The position numbers were made by a program, and so were the translations under genes. A stretch of DNA of 57,247 nucleotides, from positions 1-57,247 of the forward strand of contig CAYHBB010000021.1 in NCBI GenBank assembly GCA_964354795.1. Reading direction: 5' to 3'. This document shows, in pieces, positions 42,250 to 51,441 of this stretch. Within the stretch, counting starts at the first letter, position 1. Every line of letters begins with the position of its first letter. The DNA comes from an uncultured Planctomycetales bacterium. Lineage in GTDB: Bacteria > Omnitrophota > Gorgyraeia > Gygaellales > Profunditerraquicolaceae. Below the pieces are notes generated by a model. It had not been told where the DNA came from. It searched no databases and saw only the letters and a program-made list of their open reading frames with translations.

Positions 42250-43564
42250 TTTCAGGGACCTTTTGTCGGCGCTGCAGACGGCGAAGCTCTATAGCACGGA
42301 GCATCCGATGTTCAAGAAAGCGGCGGAGAAAGCGTTTATTAGCCTGCAGGATGTGTTGCGTGACAGGGACGATCTGGTCCTGGGTTTTGTGGGCGATGAG
42401 ATCGCGTTTGAGAAAGAGATATTCTTTGATTTAAGTAAGCTGGTCAGGCCGGCGATAATATATCTTAAGGAGCGGGGTATTGAGCGTATTGCTTTCTATA
42501 GAGGCGTGCAGGCTGAGGAGTTCAACAAGTTTATCGTATTTCTGGCCGGGCCCAAGGATGAGTCCAAGCGCGAAGCGCAGGAACATCTGACGCTTTTAGG
42601 GATAAAGAATATTGTGGTCGGAAAGATCAAGGCAGGCGGCAAGCCGGGAGAAGCTCAAGGAAAAGGCGTAGCCGTAAACATGTACGATAGCTCGCTGGAT
42701 AAAGTTTCCCAATCCTTGGCCAGCGTGCTGGATTCTGAGACAATAGATCACTTGGTGCTTAAGTTTTCCATCAATAATATACTAGAGAGCCTGAGCACCC
42801 AGCATCAGGAGTTTATGAAATTTACCACGCTTAAGCGTTACGATGTGGGCACATATGTCCATTTATTGAATGTGTGTATATTAAGCATGTATTTTGCTTC
42901 GAAGCTCGGGTTTGCCCGGGACGATGCCCTTGATGTCGGCATCGGCGGGTTATTCCATGATATCGGCAAGCTCTATATTTCCCGTAAGATCATCAGCAAA
43001 AGCGATAAGCTTACTGATGAAGAGCTGAATATGATGAAGAGCCACCCCATGCTGGGTGCTCAGATCCTTTTGGGCTATGCGGATAATCTGGGGATATTGC
43101 CTGTGGTGATCTGTTTTGAGCACCATCTGAAATACAATATGCAGGGTTATCCGAAGAAGCCGTTCACCCGCAAGCCCCATATCGCTACGAGGATAGTTTC
43201 TATCTGCGACGTGTACGACGCTCTTTCCCAAAGGCGCGGATATAAGGCGGATTATGCCCCGGACATGATCTACAATATTATTACCAAGGAAAAAGGCACT
43301 TCCTTTGATCCGGAGATGGTGGATAAATTCTTTAAGATCATGGGAGTCTGGCCAATCGGCTCTATAGTGGGCTTAAATGACGGCAGGGTGGCAGTGGTTA
43401 CCGATGAGCACGAGGATGATATTTTCTCGCCAACCGTCAGGGTGATCGGGCCGCAGCCTGAGCTTGAGGCTTTAGACTTGCGGCAGGGTTCGGGAAGCCT
43501 GCGTATTGAGCGTTACCTTAACCCCTGGACAGAAGGAAAAGAGTATTTGCGTTTGGTGCAATAG
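42227..43564 (+). CDS. HD-GYP domain phosphodiesterase
   Basis: TYVHLLNV, FHDIGK, EHH....GYP, ICDVYDAL, FDP. Confidence 0.9.
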   Translation: MLEKIENNFRDLLSALQTAKLYSTEHPMFKKAAEKAFISLQDVLRDRDDLVLGFVGDEIAFEKEIFFDLSKLVRPAIIYLKERGIERIAFYRGVQAEEFNKFIVFLAGPKDESKREAQEHLTLLGIKNIVVGKIKAGGKPGEAQGKGVAVNMYDSSLDKVSQSLASVLDSETIDHLVLKFSINNILESLSTQHQEFMKFTTLKRYDVGTYVHLLNVCILSMYFASKLGFARDDALDVGIGGLFHDIGKLYISRKIISKSDKLTDEELNMMKSHPMLGAQILLGYADNLGILPVVICFEHHLKYNMQGYPKKPFTRKPHIATRIVSICDVYDALSQRRGYKADYAPDMIYNIITKEKGTSFDPEMVDKFFKIMGVWPIGSIVGLNDGRVAVVTDEHEDDIFSPTVRVIGPQPELEALDLRQGSGSLRIERYLNPWTEGKEYLRLVQ

Positions 43565-43595
43565 GCTTCGAGTGGTATAATAGGCAAAAATTATA

Positions 43596-43714
43596 CACCT
43601 GGCCTCAGCCCCTTCCTTAAAAGGTATAGGAAGGGCTACCCCTGTGGGGTAATAGCACCTTGGCATAAAGGATTGCCAAGTGCGTTCCCTGTGGGACGGA
43701 ATGGCCAGTGTTTC
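43596..43714 (+). repeat. Nested family-A elements: two copies inserted in the loop of a third
   Basis: Outer CACCTGGCC..GGCCAGTG encloses AGCCCCTTCCT/AGGAAGGGCT+ACCCCTGTGGGGT and CACCTTGGCA/TGCCAAGTG+CGTTCC/GGGACG. Confidence 0.7.
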
Positions 43715-43846
43715 GTCCTAAAAAGGACGCGCCCAGCATACCTTTTAGCTGGGGCGCAGTCCTAAAAAGGACGCGCCCAGCATACCTTTTAGCTGGGGCG
43801 CAGTCCTAAAAAGGATGCACCCAGCATACCTTTTAGCTGGGGTGCA
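43715..43846 (-). repeat. Three tandem 44-bp family-A elements on the minus strand
   Basis: GTCCTAAAAAGGACGCGCCCAGCATACCTTTTAGCTGGGGCGCA at 43715 and 43759; variant with a compensatory change at 43803. Confidence 0.95.
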
Positions 43847-43869
43847 ATTTTCTATGAAAGGAAGCGTAT

Positions 43870-45396
43870 ATGCCAAAGAAAAACGGATTCGATAACGATA
43901 AGTATCTAAAAGAGCAGACCGCGGCGATCACAGACCGGGTGAAGAAGTTCGATAACAAGCTTTACCTTGAGTTTGGGGGCAAGCTTTGTTTTGACTATCA
44001 CGCTGCCCGCGTTCTTCCAGGCTATGACCACAATGTCAAGATCAGGCTGTTGCAAGAGCTAAAAGACAAGATAGACATAGTGCTTTGTATCTATGCCGGG
44101 GATATCGAGCGGGGCAGGGTGCGCGGAGATTTCGGGATCACTTATGATTCCGCTACTTTGAAACTCATCGATGACCTGCGCAAGTGGGGCCTGGATATTC
44201 TCTCTGTTGTGATCACTCGCTTTGCCAATCAGCCTTCGGCGATTATCTTTAAAAATAAGCTTGAACGCCGCGGGGTAAAAGTCAACCTGCATTACCCTAT
44301 CGACGGCTATCCTGCGGATGTGAATAAGATCGTCAGCGAGAACGGATTCGGCAAGAACGAATATATCCAGACTAAGAATCCTATTGTAGTGATCACCGCG
44401 CCCGGGCCTAATAGTGGAAAGCTTTCCACCTGCCTTTCCCAACTTTATCATGACCATAATAGGGGCGTTAATTCCGGCTACGCCAAGTTTGAGACATTCC
44501 CTATCTGGAACTTAGCGCTTAAGCACCCAGTTAATGTCGCCTATGAAGCGGCTACTGCGGATATCCAGGATTTTAATCTGGTCGACCCTTTTCATTTAAA
44601 TAAATACAATAAGACCGCCATAAATTATAACCGCGATGTGGAAAGTTTCCCGATACTAAGACTGATCTTAACCCGGATCTTCGATAAGAACGCTAATTTG
44701 CCGATGTATAATTCACCTACGGATATGGGGGTCAACCGCGCGGGGTTTGGTATCGTTGACGATAAGGCGGTGCAGGACGCGGCAAAGCAGGAGCTTATTC
44801 GCAGATATTTCCGCTACAATACCGAGTATATCCTGGGGATAGAGAAAAAAGAGACGGTGGACAGGGTAATGATGTTGATGGAGGAGATGGGGGTCAAGCC
44901 CACGGACCGGACTGTGCTGGAAGTGGCGCGTAAATCAGCGGATGAGGCAGAAGCAAAGGGCAAGGGTAATGAGGGCATTTACTGCGGCGCAGCCCTGCAG
45001 TTGAATGACGGTCGCATTATTACCGGAAAAAATTGTAAATTGATGCACGCAGCTTCCGCGCTGATCCTGAATGCGGTAAAGCAGCTGGCCAATATTCCCG
45101 ATGAGATACTTTTATTATCCCCGCATATCATCAGTCAGATCGCCAAGCTTAAAGAAGGAGTCCTGGATGCCGACTCTGAGAGTCTTGACCTTGAGGAGAC
45201 CCTGATAGCTTTATCTATAAGCGCAACCACCAATCACACCGCGGAGCTGGCGATGAATAAGCTGGTGGAACTCAGGGGCTGTGAGGTGCACATGACCCAT
45301 ATTCCTACTCCCGGAGACGAGGTGGGGCTTAAGCGGCTGGGAGTGAACCTTACTACAGACGGAAAGTTTTCTTCGCGCAATCTTTTTGTCACTTGA
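43870..45396 (+). CDS. DUF1846 family protein
   Basis: KLYLEFGGKL..DYHAARVLPG, TAPGPNSGKL.TCLSQLYH, GYAKFETFPIWN, SPTDMGVN. Confidence 0.9.
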   Translation: MPKKNGFDNDKYLKEQTAAITDRVKKFDNKLYLEFGGKLCFDYHAARVLPGYDHNVKIRLLQELKDKIDIVLCIYAGDIERGRVRGDFGITYDSATLKLIDDLRKWGLDILSVVITRFANQPSAIIFKNKLERRGVKVNLHYPIDGYPADVNKIVSENGFGKNEYIQTKNPIVVITAPGPNSGKLSTCLSQLYHDHNRGVNSGYAKFETFPIWNLALKHPVNVAYEAATADIQDFNLVDPFHLNKYNKTAINYNRDVESFPILRLILTRIFDKNANLPMYNSPTDMGVNRAGFGIVDDKAVQDAAKQELIRRYFRYNTEYILGIEKKETVDRVMMLMEEMGVKPTDRTVLEVARKSADEAEAKGKGNEGIYCGAALQLNDGRIITGKNCKLMHAASALILNAVKQLANIPDEILLLSPHIISQIAKLKEGVLDADSESLDLEETLIALSISATTNHTAELAMNKLVELRGCEVHMTHIPTPGDEVGLKRLGVNLTTDGKFSSRNLFVT

Positions 45397-46076
45397 TGGA
45401 TCTGAAGAAGTATAAGTCCGGATTCGGATTTCTTTTATTAGTTATTAGCATATTTCTTCTGTGGTATCTGGGCAGATTCTTGCACCTGGATATCCAGTCC
45501 ATCCGCAAGCCGCTTGAAAGTTTGCCGTTATTTGTCAGCAGCTTTGTCTTTGTGATCCTTTATGTAGTCGTGACGTTCTTTGTTTTTTTCTCCAAGGACA
45601 TATTTTATCTGGCCGGGGCTTTGATCTTTGGGCCTATTTTAAGCGCGGTTTTGATCTTTATATCTGAAGCGCTGAACGCCTGCATACTTTTTTACTGCTC
45701 TAGATACCTTGGCCGGCAGTTTGTCCGGGATTCTTTATCCGGGAAGTATCAGCGCCTGGATGAGCGGCTGGGGGAGGTGAGTTTATTCTGGCTTTTCATT
45801 TTCCGGGCCGCACCCTTGATACCTTACCGTTTTCTGGATATGGCAGCGGGCTTGACCCGCATGAGGTTCAGGAAATATTTTGCGGCAGTTTTACTAGGCT
45901 CTTTTCTAAAGATATTTTGGATACAGTTTATTTTGTACGGTGTAGGAGAGAGTGTGATTAGCAACCCAAGCGCGCTCACCGGGTATTTTCTTAATAATCA
46001 GCCGGTATTTTTATTCAGTCTCCTGTATCTGGTGTTAGTGGGTATGGTTATTTATAAAATCAGAAAGAAATATTAA
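45396..46076 (+). CDS. TVP38/VTT (DedA superfamily) membrane protein
   Basis: AGALIFG, RYLGR, FRAAPLIPY....AAGLT. Confidence 0.8.
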   Translation: MDLKKYKSGFGFLLLVISIFLLWYLGRFLHLDIQSIRKPLESLPLFVSSFVFVILYVVVTFFVFFSKDIFYLAGALIFGPILSAVLIFISEALNACILFYCSRYLGRQFVRDSLSGKYQRLDERLGEVSLFWLFIFRAAPLIPYRFLDMAAGLTRMRFRKYFAAVLLGSFLKIFWIQFILYGVGESVISNPSALTGYFLNNQPVFLFSLLYLVLVGMVIYKIRKKY

Positions 46077-46078
46077 GC

Positions 46079-47473
46079 ATGAGCGTAAATTTAAAATTCT
46101 TAGGGGGCGCGCGCACGGTCACCGGCTCAAGCCATCTGGTGACTACTAATAAGGCTGAGATTCTGCTTGATGCCGGGATGTTCCAGGGCCACCGCGATGA
46201 GTCCTATATGATCAACGCCACCCTTCATTACAATCCGCGCAAGATCAACGCCATGGTTTTGTCACACGCGCATATCGACCACTGCGGGAATATCCCGATA
46301 CTGATCAAGAAGGGTTTACGTTGTAAGATCTATACTACCTCAGCCACTAAGGACCTCTCAGCACTTATGCTTGAGGATTCCGGCAAGATCCAGGAAGAGG
46401 ATGTGCGCTATGTGAATAAGATCAACAAGCGCCTGGGCCTGCCGCTTAGAGAGCCGCTTTACACTAAGAAAGAGGCGATGCGCGCGACAAAAATATTCCG
46501 CTCCATATCTTACGAGCAGCGTTTTTGTATTGCCAAGGAGTGTTTTGTCACTCTTCATGACGCAGGGCATATCCTGGGCTCAAGCATAATAGTGCTCGAT
46601 GTCAAAGACGGAGTGAAAAATATCCGTATCGGCTATGCTGTTGACCTAGGCAGGAAGAATCTTCCGCTTTTGAACGATCCGGTTATACCGCGCAGATTAG
46701 ATTATTTAATTATTGAAAGCACTTACGGCGGCAGGGTCCACGCGCCGATAGAAGAGGCCCAGTCGCGCCTGCGTGAGGCGATCAACCGCGCGGTAAAGCG
46801 CGGAGGCAAGATTTTAATCCCGTCATTCGCCCTTGAGCGCACGCAGGAGGTGCTGTATTTTTTAAACGAGCTGATCAAGCAACAGCTGGTCCCGTCAATT
46901 CCTATATATGTGGACAGCCCGCTTGCAACAGGTATTACCGATTTATTCACCCACCACATGGATTTTCTGGACGCCAAGACCCGTCAGGCAATAGCTCGCG
47001 GGGAAAGCCCCTTTGAGCTCTTGAATCTGCGTTTCGTGCGCGACCAGATAGAGTCCAAGGCCCTGAATATCGACAAGCGGCCGATGATCATCATTGCCGG
47101 TAGCGGGATGTGCGAATCCGGAAGGATGCTGCACCATCTTAAAAATAATATAGAAGATTCCCGCAATATGATACTTGTGGTAGGGTACATGGCAAAGAAT
47201 ACTTTAGGTAGGAGAATTGTCGAACGGGAGAAATTCGTGCGTATTTTCGGCGTGGAATATGAGCTCAACGCGGAAGTGGTGATCATCAACGCGTTTTCCG
47301 GACACGCGGATAAGTCGGAGCTGGTGGATTTTGTCCGGCAGTGCCTGCCGCTTAAGCGGATATTTCTGGTGCATGGCGATGAGGAGCAGACTCTGCACTT
47401 GTATGACGCGCTGGTAGCCATGGGCCAGAATGTACTTATTCCGTTTAAGGATGAAGAAGTGTTGCTATCGTAA
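46079..47473 (+). CDS. MBL-fold beta-CASP ribonuclease
   Basis: GGARTVTGS, LSHAHIDHCG, AGHILGS, ESTYG, SGMCESGR, FSGHAD, LVHG. Confidence 0.92.
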   Translation: MSVNLKFLGGARTVTGSSHLVTTNKAEILLDAGMFQGHRDESYMINATLHYNPRKINAMVLSHAHIDHCGNIPILIKKGLRCKIYTTSATKDLSALMLEDSGKIQEEDVRYVNKINKRLGLPLREPLYTKKEAMRATKIFRSISYEQRFCIAKECFVTLHDAGHILGSSIIVLDVKDGVKNIRIGYAVDLGRKNLPLLNDPVIPRRLDYLIIESTYGGRVHAPIEEAQSRLREAINRAVKRGGKILIPSFALERTQEVLYFLNELIKQQLVPSIPIYVDSPLATGITDLFTHHMDFLDAKTRQAIARGESPFELLNLRFVRDQIESKALNIDKRPMIIIAGSGMCESGRMLHHLKNNIEDSRNMILVVGYMAKNTLGRRIVEREKFVRIFGVEYELNAEVVIINAFSGHADKSELVDFVRQCLPLKRIFLVHGDEEQTLHLYDALVAMGQNVLIPFKDEEVLLS

Positions 47474-47533
47474 TAATTGTGTGGTATATTGCTTTTCCTA
47501 ATTAATTAACTATTTTTCTAGGAGGATTCTACA

Positions 47534-47782
47534 ATGGCTGGCGGTAAATCTACACCAAAGAAAGACCAAGCGCTAAAAGTCGCAAGTGGCGAGTTAGTCA
47601 AGACCGGGCAGATCATGGTCCGCGGTATTCCCGTATATAAGGCCGGGGTTAATGTGGCAGGACTTGGTACGCTTTACGCCCTTTGCGGCGGGAAAGTCTT
47701 TTTCCGGCATAAGAAAACAAGCCACGGCAAGGTGCGCACTTTTATCGGTGTCATTCCAAATAAGGAAAAAGCAGCTAAATAA
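47534..47782 (+). CDS. rpmA: 50S ribosomal protein L27-like (divergent)
   Basis: K..G..V..G.I.VR....YKAGVNV....TLYAL..GKVFF core; AGGAGG RBS. Confidence 0.7.
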   Translation: MAGGKSTPKKDQALKVASGELVKTGQIMVRGIPVYKAGVNVAGLGTLYALCGGKVFFRHKKTSHGKVRTFIGVIPNKEKAAK

Positions 47783-47784
47783 GC

Positions 47785-48921
47785 ATGTCCCAAGGCGCTG
47801 GTATTCAGGAGAGAGCCAGGAAGTATTCGCTAAAGAAATATACCCTGGTCCTGCTGGATACCGCAGTTACGCTTGCTCTGCTTTTGGTTTTTTTAGCTAC
47901 AGGTTTATCCCGGGTTCTCGCTGAGGGCTTGGGGTTTATTTTTTCCGGGAGCTATTTCGTAGTTCCTGCATATCTACTCATCGTTTTTCTCGCCTATTAC
48001 CTGATAACTTTCCTCCTTACTTTTTATCAGTCTTATACTCTTGAGCACGAATTTTCTTTGTCCCGGCAAAGCTTTAAGGATTGGCTTCTAGACCAGCTTA
48101 AGTCATGCGTGATTTCTTATATCATCGGCTTGATCCTGATCACGGTTTTTTATTTTATCCTGAACCGGTTTCCCGGGAATTGGTGGCTGGTCATCTGGGT
48201 ATTCTGGATATTTTTCTCAATAGTCATGGCTAAGCTTTTGCCAGTTTTGATCATACCGTTATTTTTCAAATATAAGAAACTTGACGATGAAGCGCTGCGC
48301 CAGAAGATCATCGCGTTAGCGGGCAAGATGAAGGTAAGGCTCCTGGATGTCTTTGAGATAGACTTAAGCAAGAAGTCTTTAAAAGGCAATGCCGCCTTCG
48401 TGGGGGTGGGCAATACCCGTAGGGTGCTTCTGGCGGATACTTTAAAAGATAAATACACGCATGAAGAGATAGAGGTGATTTTGGCGCATGAGTTCGCGCA
48501 TTACCGATTAAAGCATTTATTGAAGCTGATATTGGTTAATTCCGCGGTGACGCTTGTTACGTTTTTTGTAATTTATGCTACCAGCAATTCAGTGCTGTGG
48601 TTGTTTGGCCTGGCATCCTTATCCGAGCTTGCGGCTTTACCATTACTCTTTCTTTATTTTACGGTTTTTGGTGTAATTTTGCAGCCGTTTGGGGCTTTTA
48701 TCAGCCGAGTTTTTGAGCGTAGCGCTGACAGGATGGCCATACAGGTGACCGGTGGCAAAGACGCCTTTATTTCGACCATGGATAAGTTGGGTGATCAGAA
48801 TCTTTCGGACCGCAATCCGCACCCGCTGATAAAATTTTACTTTTTTGACCATCCGTCCATAGATGAGCGTATTAAACTAGCCAGGGACGGTTCTCAAGCT
48901 AATCTAAAAGTGTCCCCCTAA
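47785..48921 (+). CDS. M48 (Ste24/HtpX-like) membrane zinc protease
   Basis: NAAF.G.G..RRVLLADTL, AHEFAH, ERSAD, HPSIDERI. Confidence 0.92.
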   Translation: MSQGAGIQERARKYSLKKYTLVLLDTAVTLALLLVFLATGLSRVLAEGLGFIFSGSYFVVPAYLLIVFLAYYLITFLLTFYQSYTLEHEFSLSRQSFKDWLLDQLKSCVISYIIGLILITVFYFILNRFPGNWWLVIWVFWIFFSIVMAKLLPVLIIPLFFKYKKLDDEALRQKIIALAGKMKVRLLDVFEIDLSKKSLKGNAAFVGVGNTRRVLLADTLKDKYTHEEIEVILAHEFAHYRLKHLLKLILVNSAVTLVTFFVIYATSNSVLWLFGLASLSELAALPLLFLYFTVFGVILQPFGAFISRVFERSADRMAIQVTGGKDAFISTMDKLGDQNLSDRNPHPLIKFYFFDHPSIDERIKLARDGSQANLKVSP

Positions 48922-48958
48922 GAGGGACACTTTTGCTTTGAGTTGAGAACCGTCCCTG
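48882..48958. repeat. Nested REP-like inverted repeat over the M48 gene end
   Basis: Perfect 16-bp IR CAGGGACGGTTCTCAA/TTGAGAACCGTCCCTG enclosing AAAAGTGTCCC/GGGACACTTTT. Confidence 0.85.
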
Positions 48959-48976
48959 TATTGAAAGGATAAGGAC

Positions 48977-49384
48977 ATGAGAGAAATAAGGTTAGCGCTG
49001 GCGACATTTGTTTTGATTGTTTCATTTTGCGCGCCTGTTTTTGCCCAAGGGTTCAGAGGTATGGATGATAATGTTCCCCCGCCATTTGTGATTTACCCCA
49101 GCGAACACGCTGATTTGAGCGGCAAAGATACGCTAACTCTTAAGTGGCGCACTCCCGGAAGCTTTGATATTGACCATGTGGAGTTTAAGCTGTATAAAGG
49201 ATATATCACCGCGGATTCTAACTTGGTCTATAAAGAGGATGTTGATCCGGTTGAATCTCAGGTAGATGTGAAGGCTGACCTTTTGCAGGATGGTGAGACT
49301 TATACTATGTATTTACGCTCAATTTCGCGGGAAGGCTATAAAAGCGACCGGGTGTTTAATTCTTTTCAAGTGATTAAGAAATAA
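48977..49384 (+). CDS. Hypothetical exported protein (Ig/FN3-like beta pattern)
   Basis: Signal peptide ending VFA; LKW and L..GETY...L pattern. Confidence 0.7.
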   Translation: MREIRLALATFVLIVSFCAPVFAQGFRGMDDNVPPPFVIYPSEHADLSGKDTLTLKWRTPGSFDIDHVEFKLYKGYITADSNLVYKEDVDPVESQVDVKADLLQDGETYTMYLRSISREGYKSDRVFNSFQVIKK

Positions 49385-50504
49385 ATTCAAGGATAATTCT
49401 TGCCGCGCGGGAGGTGGCACCCGGTTCTCCGAGTGAAGATTTAACGAGGGCTAGATTCGAAGTGATTTCTTGAAGTTTCTCTGGATTGCGCATGATCTGT
49501 AACACTTCATGCGCAATTTTTTTAGGGATAGCCCCAAGCTGGATAAATTCCGGGATAATTTTCTTCCCCGCCACGATATTGACCATACCGATATATGGCA
49601 GCTTCACCTGCGGCCGGTAAAGAAGGTAATTTAACAAGCTCATTTTGTAAATTACGCAGAAAGGCCTCTGCATAATCGCTGTTTCCAGGGTAGCTGTGCC
49701 AGAGCAGACTAGCGCGAAATCCGCGATATTCAGGCAGTCGTAGGTCTTTCCTTCCGCGATTTTCACTTCTAATCCAAAGCGATTAATGATCCGGTTGTAA
49801 ACTTCCCAGTCAACCGAAGGGGACTTGGCGATCACGAATTGCGCGCCCATTTTTTCTTTTATCAGTTTTGCCGATTCCAGCATGATGGGTAGGATATTTT
49901 TGATTTCCTGCTTACGGGAGCCGGGAAGCAGGGCGATGGCCGGGATATCTTTGGAAAGTTTCAGGCGGTCCAGGAATTCATTTTTCTGTATGGCGGGTTT
50001 TACTATATCTAACAGAGGGTGTCCTACGAAATCTACGCTTATGCCGTACTTTTTGTAGAATTCTTCTTCGAATTTAAAGAGCACGATCATCTTGCGGATA
50101 TATTTTTTAATCGTCTGCACCCTGCCCGGCCGCGATGCCCATACCTGCGGGCTGATATAGTAGATAGTTGGTACAGAGTTATTCAGCTCTTTGGCCAGGC
50201 GCAAATTAAAGCCGGAGAAATCCACAAAGATCACCGCATTAAATTTTTCTTGTTTGATCTGGTCTAGTAGGAATTTCTTTAATTCGAAGAACTTGGGGAG
50301 CTTCTTGAAAACATCAAAAATTCCGAATACCGATAACCCTTTAATATCATATAGGATCTCAGCACCTGCCTGGCGCAGAAGTCCACTGCCCACGCCAAAG
50401 ACTTTAAGCTCTGGATCAATTTTCTTAATGGCTGAGGTGAGATTTGCCGCGTGGAGTTCTCCGGAGGGTTCTCCGCAGATGATCAGAATCTTTTTTTCTG
50501 CCAT
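49374..50504 (-). CDS. lpxB: Lipid-A-disaccharide synthase
   Basis: GEPSGE, FNLRLAK, YYISPQVWA, FVGHPL, LLPGSR..E, SGTATLE. Confidence 0.96.
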   Translation of the reverse strand: MAEKKILIICGEPSGELHAANLTSAIKKIDPELKVFGVGSGLLRQAGAEILYDIKGLSVFGIFDVFKKLPKFFELKKFLLDQIKQEKFNAVIFVDFSGFNLRLAKELNNSVPTIYYISPQVWASRPGRVQTIKKYIRKMIVLFKFEEEFYKKYGISVDFVGHPLLDIVKPAIQKNEFLDRLKLSKDIPAIALLPGSRKQEIKNILPIMLESAKLIKEKMGAQFVIAKSPSVDWEVYNRIINRFGLEVKIAEGKTYDCLNIADFALVCSGTATLETAIMQRPFCVIYKMSLLNYLLYRPQVKLPYIGMVNIVAGKKIIPEFIQLGAIPKKIAHEVLQIMRNPEKLQEITSNLALVKSSLGEPGATSRAARIILEFIS

Positions 50505-51406
50505 ATCTGTTTTTGGATCTCTAAGGCGACTTTGAGGGCTTCGCGGGCAACCGGCCCGGAAACAAGGGGTTCTTTATTTAAGGTAACGCAATCGACAAAC
50601 GACTGCAGCTCTTTTTGCAGAGGCTGCTCTTTTTCGATGGGCAGGTCGACTTTGCTTATCTGCTGCCCATCTTTCCTGTAAACGCAGGCTTTAGCTTCTT
50701 TATAATCCAGCGATATATAGGTATCCTTCTGGAAAATGCGTATTTTGCGCAGCCACTCATCAGAGATGCGGCTTGCGGTAAGATTGGCAATGCAGCCGTT
50801 TTTAAAGGTCAGGCGGGTATTAGCGATATCCTCGAATTGGGTGAGCACCGGAACGCCTACAGATTCGATTTTCTTAATCGGTGAATTAACCAGACCTAGC
50901 ACAATGTCGATATCGTGGATCATCACGTCTAATACCGCGCCGATATCCAGCGAACGGTTGGGGAATGGGCTAAGCCGGTGGCATTCAATGAATTTGGGCT
51001 CTTTGATAAGCTTAAGGGTCGCGGCAAAGGCAGAGTTGAAGCGCTCGATGTGGCCGACTTGTAAAATCAGCTTATTTTTGCGCGCAATCTGGATCAGCTG
51101 GTCAGCTTCTTTGAGAGTAGGAGTGAATGGTTTTTCGACCAAAGCGTGGATATTGTGCTTTAGGCAGTCAGCGGCGATTGAGAAATGCAGCTTGGTGGGG
51201 GTAGCGACGCTGACCGCGTCGACTTTGCCGAAAAGCTCTCGGTAATCCGTGTAGCCGGGGACATTCAGGGTACGGGAAACCTCTTCAAGCTGCTTCGGGT
51301 TATTGTCGCAGACAGCGGTAAGGAAGCAATTCGGTATTTCCTTATAAATCTTTGCGTGGATGCTGCCCAGATGCCCGACGCCGATCACCGCGATTTTTAT
51401 ATCCAT
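50483..51406 (-). CDS. Gfo/Idh/MocA oxidoreductase, GnnA-like (putative UDP-GlcNAc 3-dehydrogenase)
   Basis: GVGHLG, VEKP, QVGHIERFN, DVMIHDID, TASRIS; overlaps lpxB. Confidence 0.85.
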   Translation of the reverse strand: MDIKIAVIGVGHLGSIHAKIYKEIPNCFLTAVCDNNPKQLEEVSRTLNVPGYTDYRELFGKVDAVSVATPTKLHFSIAADCLKHNIHALVEKPFTPTLKEADQLIQIARKNKLILQVGHIERFNSAFAATLKLIKEPKFIECHRLSPFPNRSLDIGAVLDVMIHDIDIVLGLVNSPIKKIESVGVPVLTQFEDIANTRLTFKNGCIANLTASRISDEWLRKIRIFQKDTYISLDYKEAKACVYRKDGQQISKVDLPIEKEQPLQKELQSFVDCVTLNKEPLVSGPVAREALKVALEIQKQIWQKKRF

Positions 51407-51412
51407 AGGGGA

Positions 51413-51441
51413 ATCATAGCAGACTCATCGTATTGTTTCAA
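51413..51441 (-). promoter_or_regulatory. sigma70 promoter, probably leaderless transcript
   Basis: Minus strand TTGAAA-N17-TATGAT, 6 nt before ATG. Confidence 0.6.

Noticed and set aside
43715-43846. CRISPR array
   Set aside because: Units are head-to-tail with no unique spacers and no cas genes are present.
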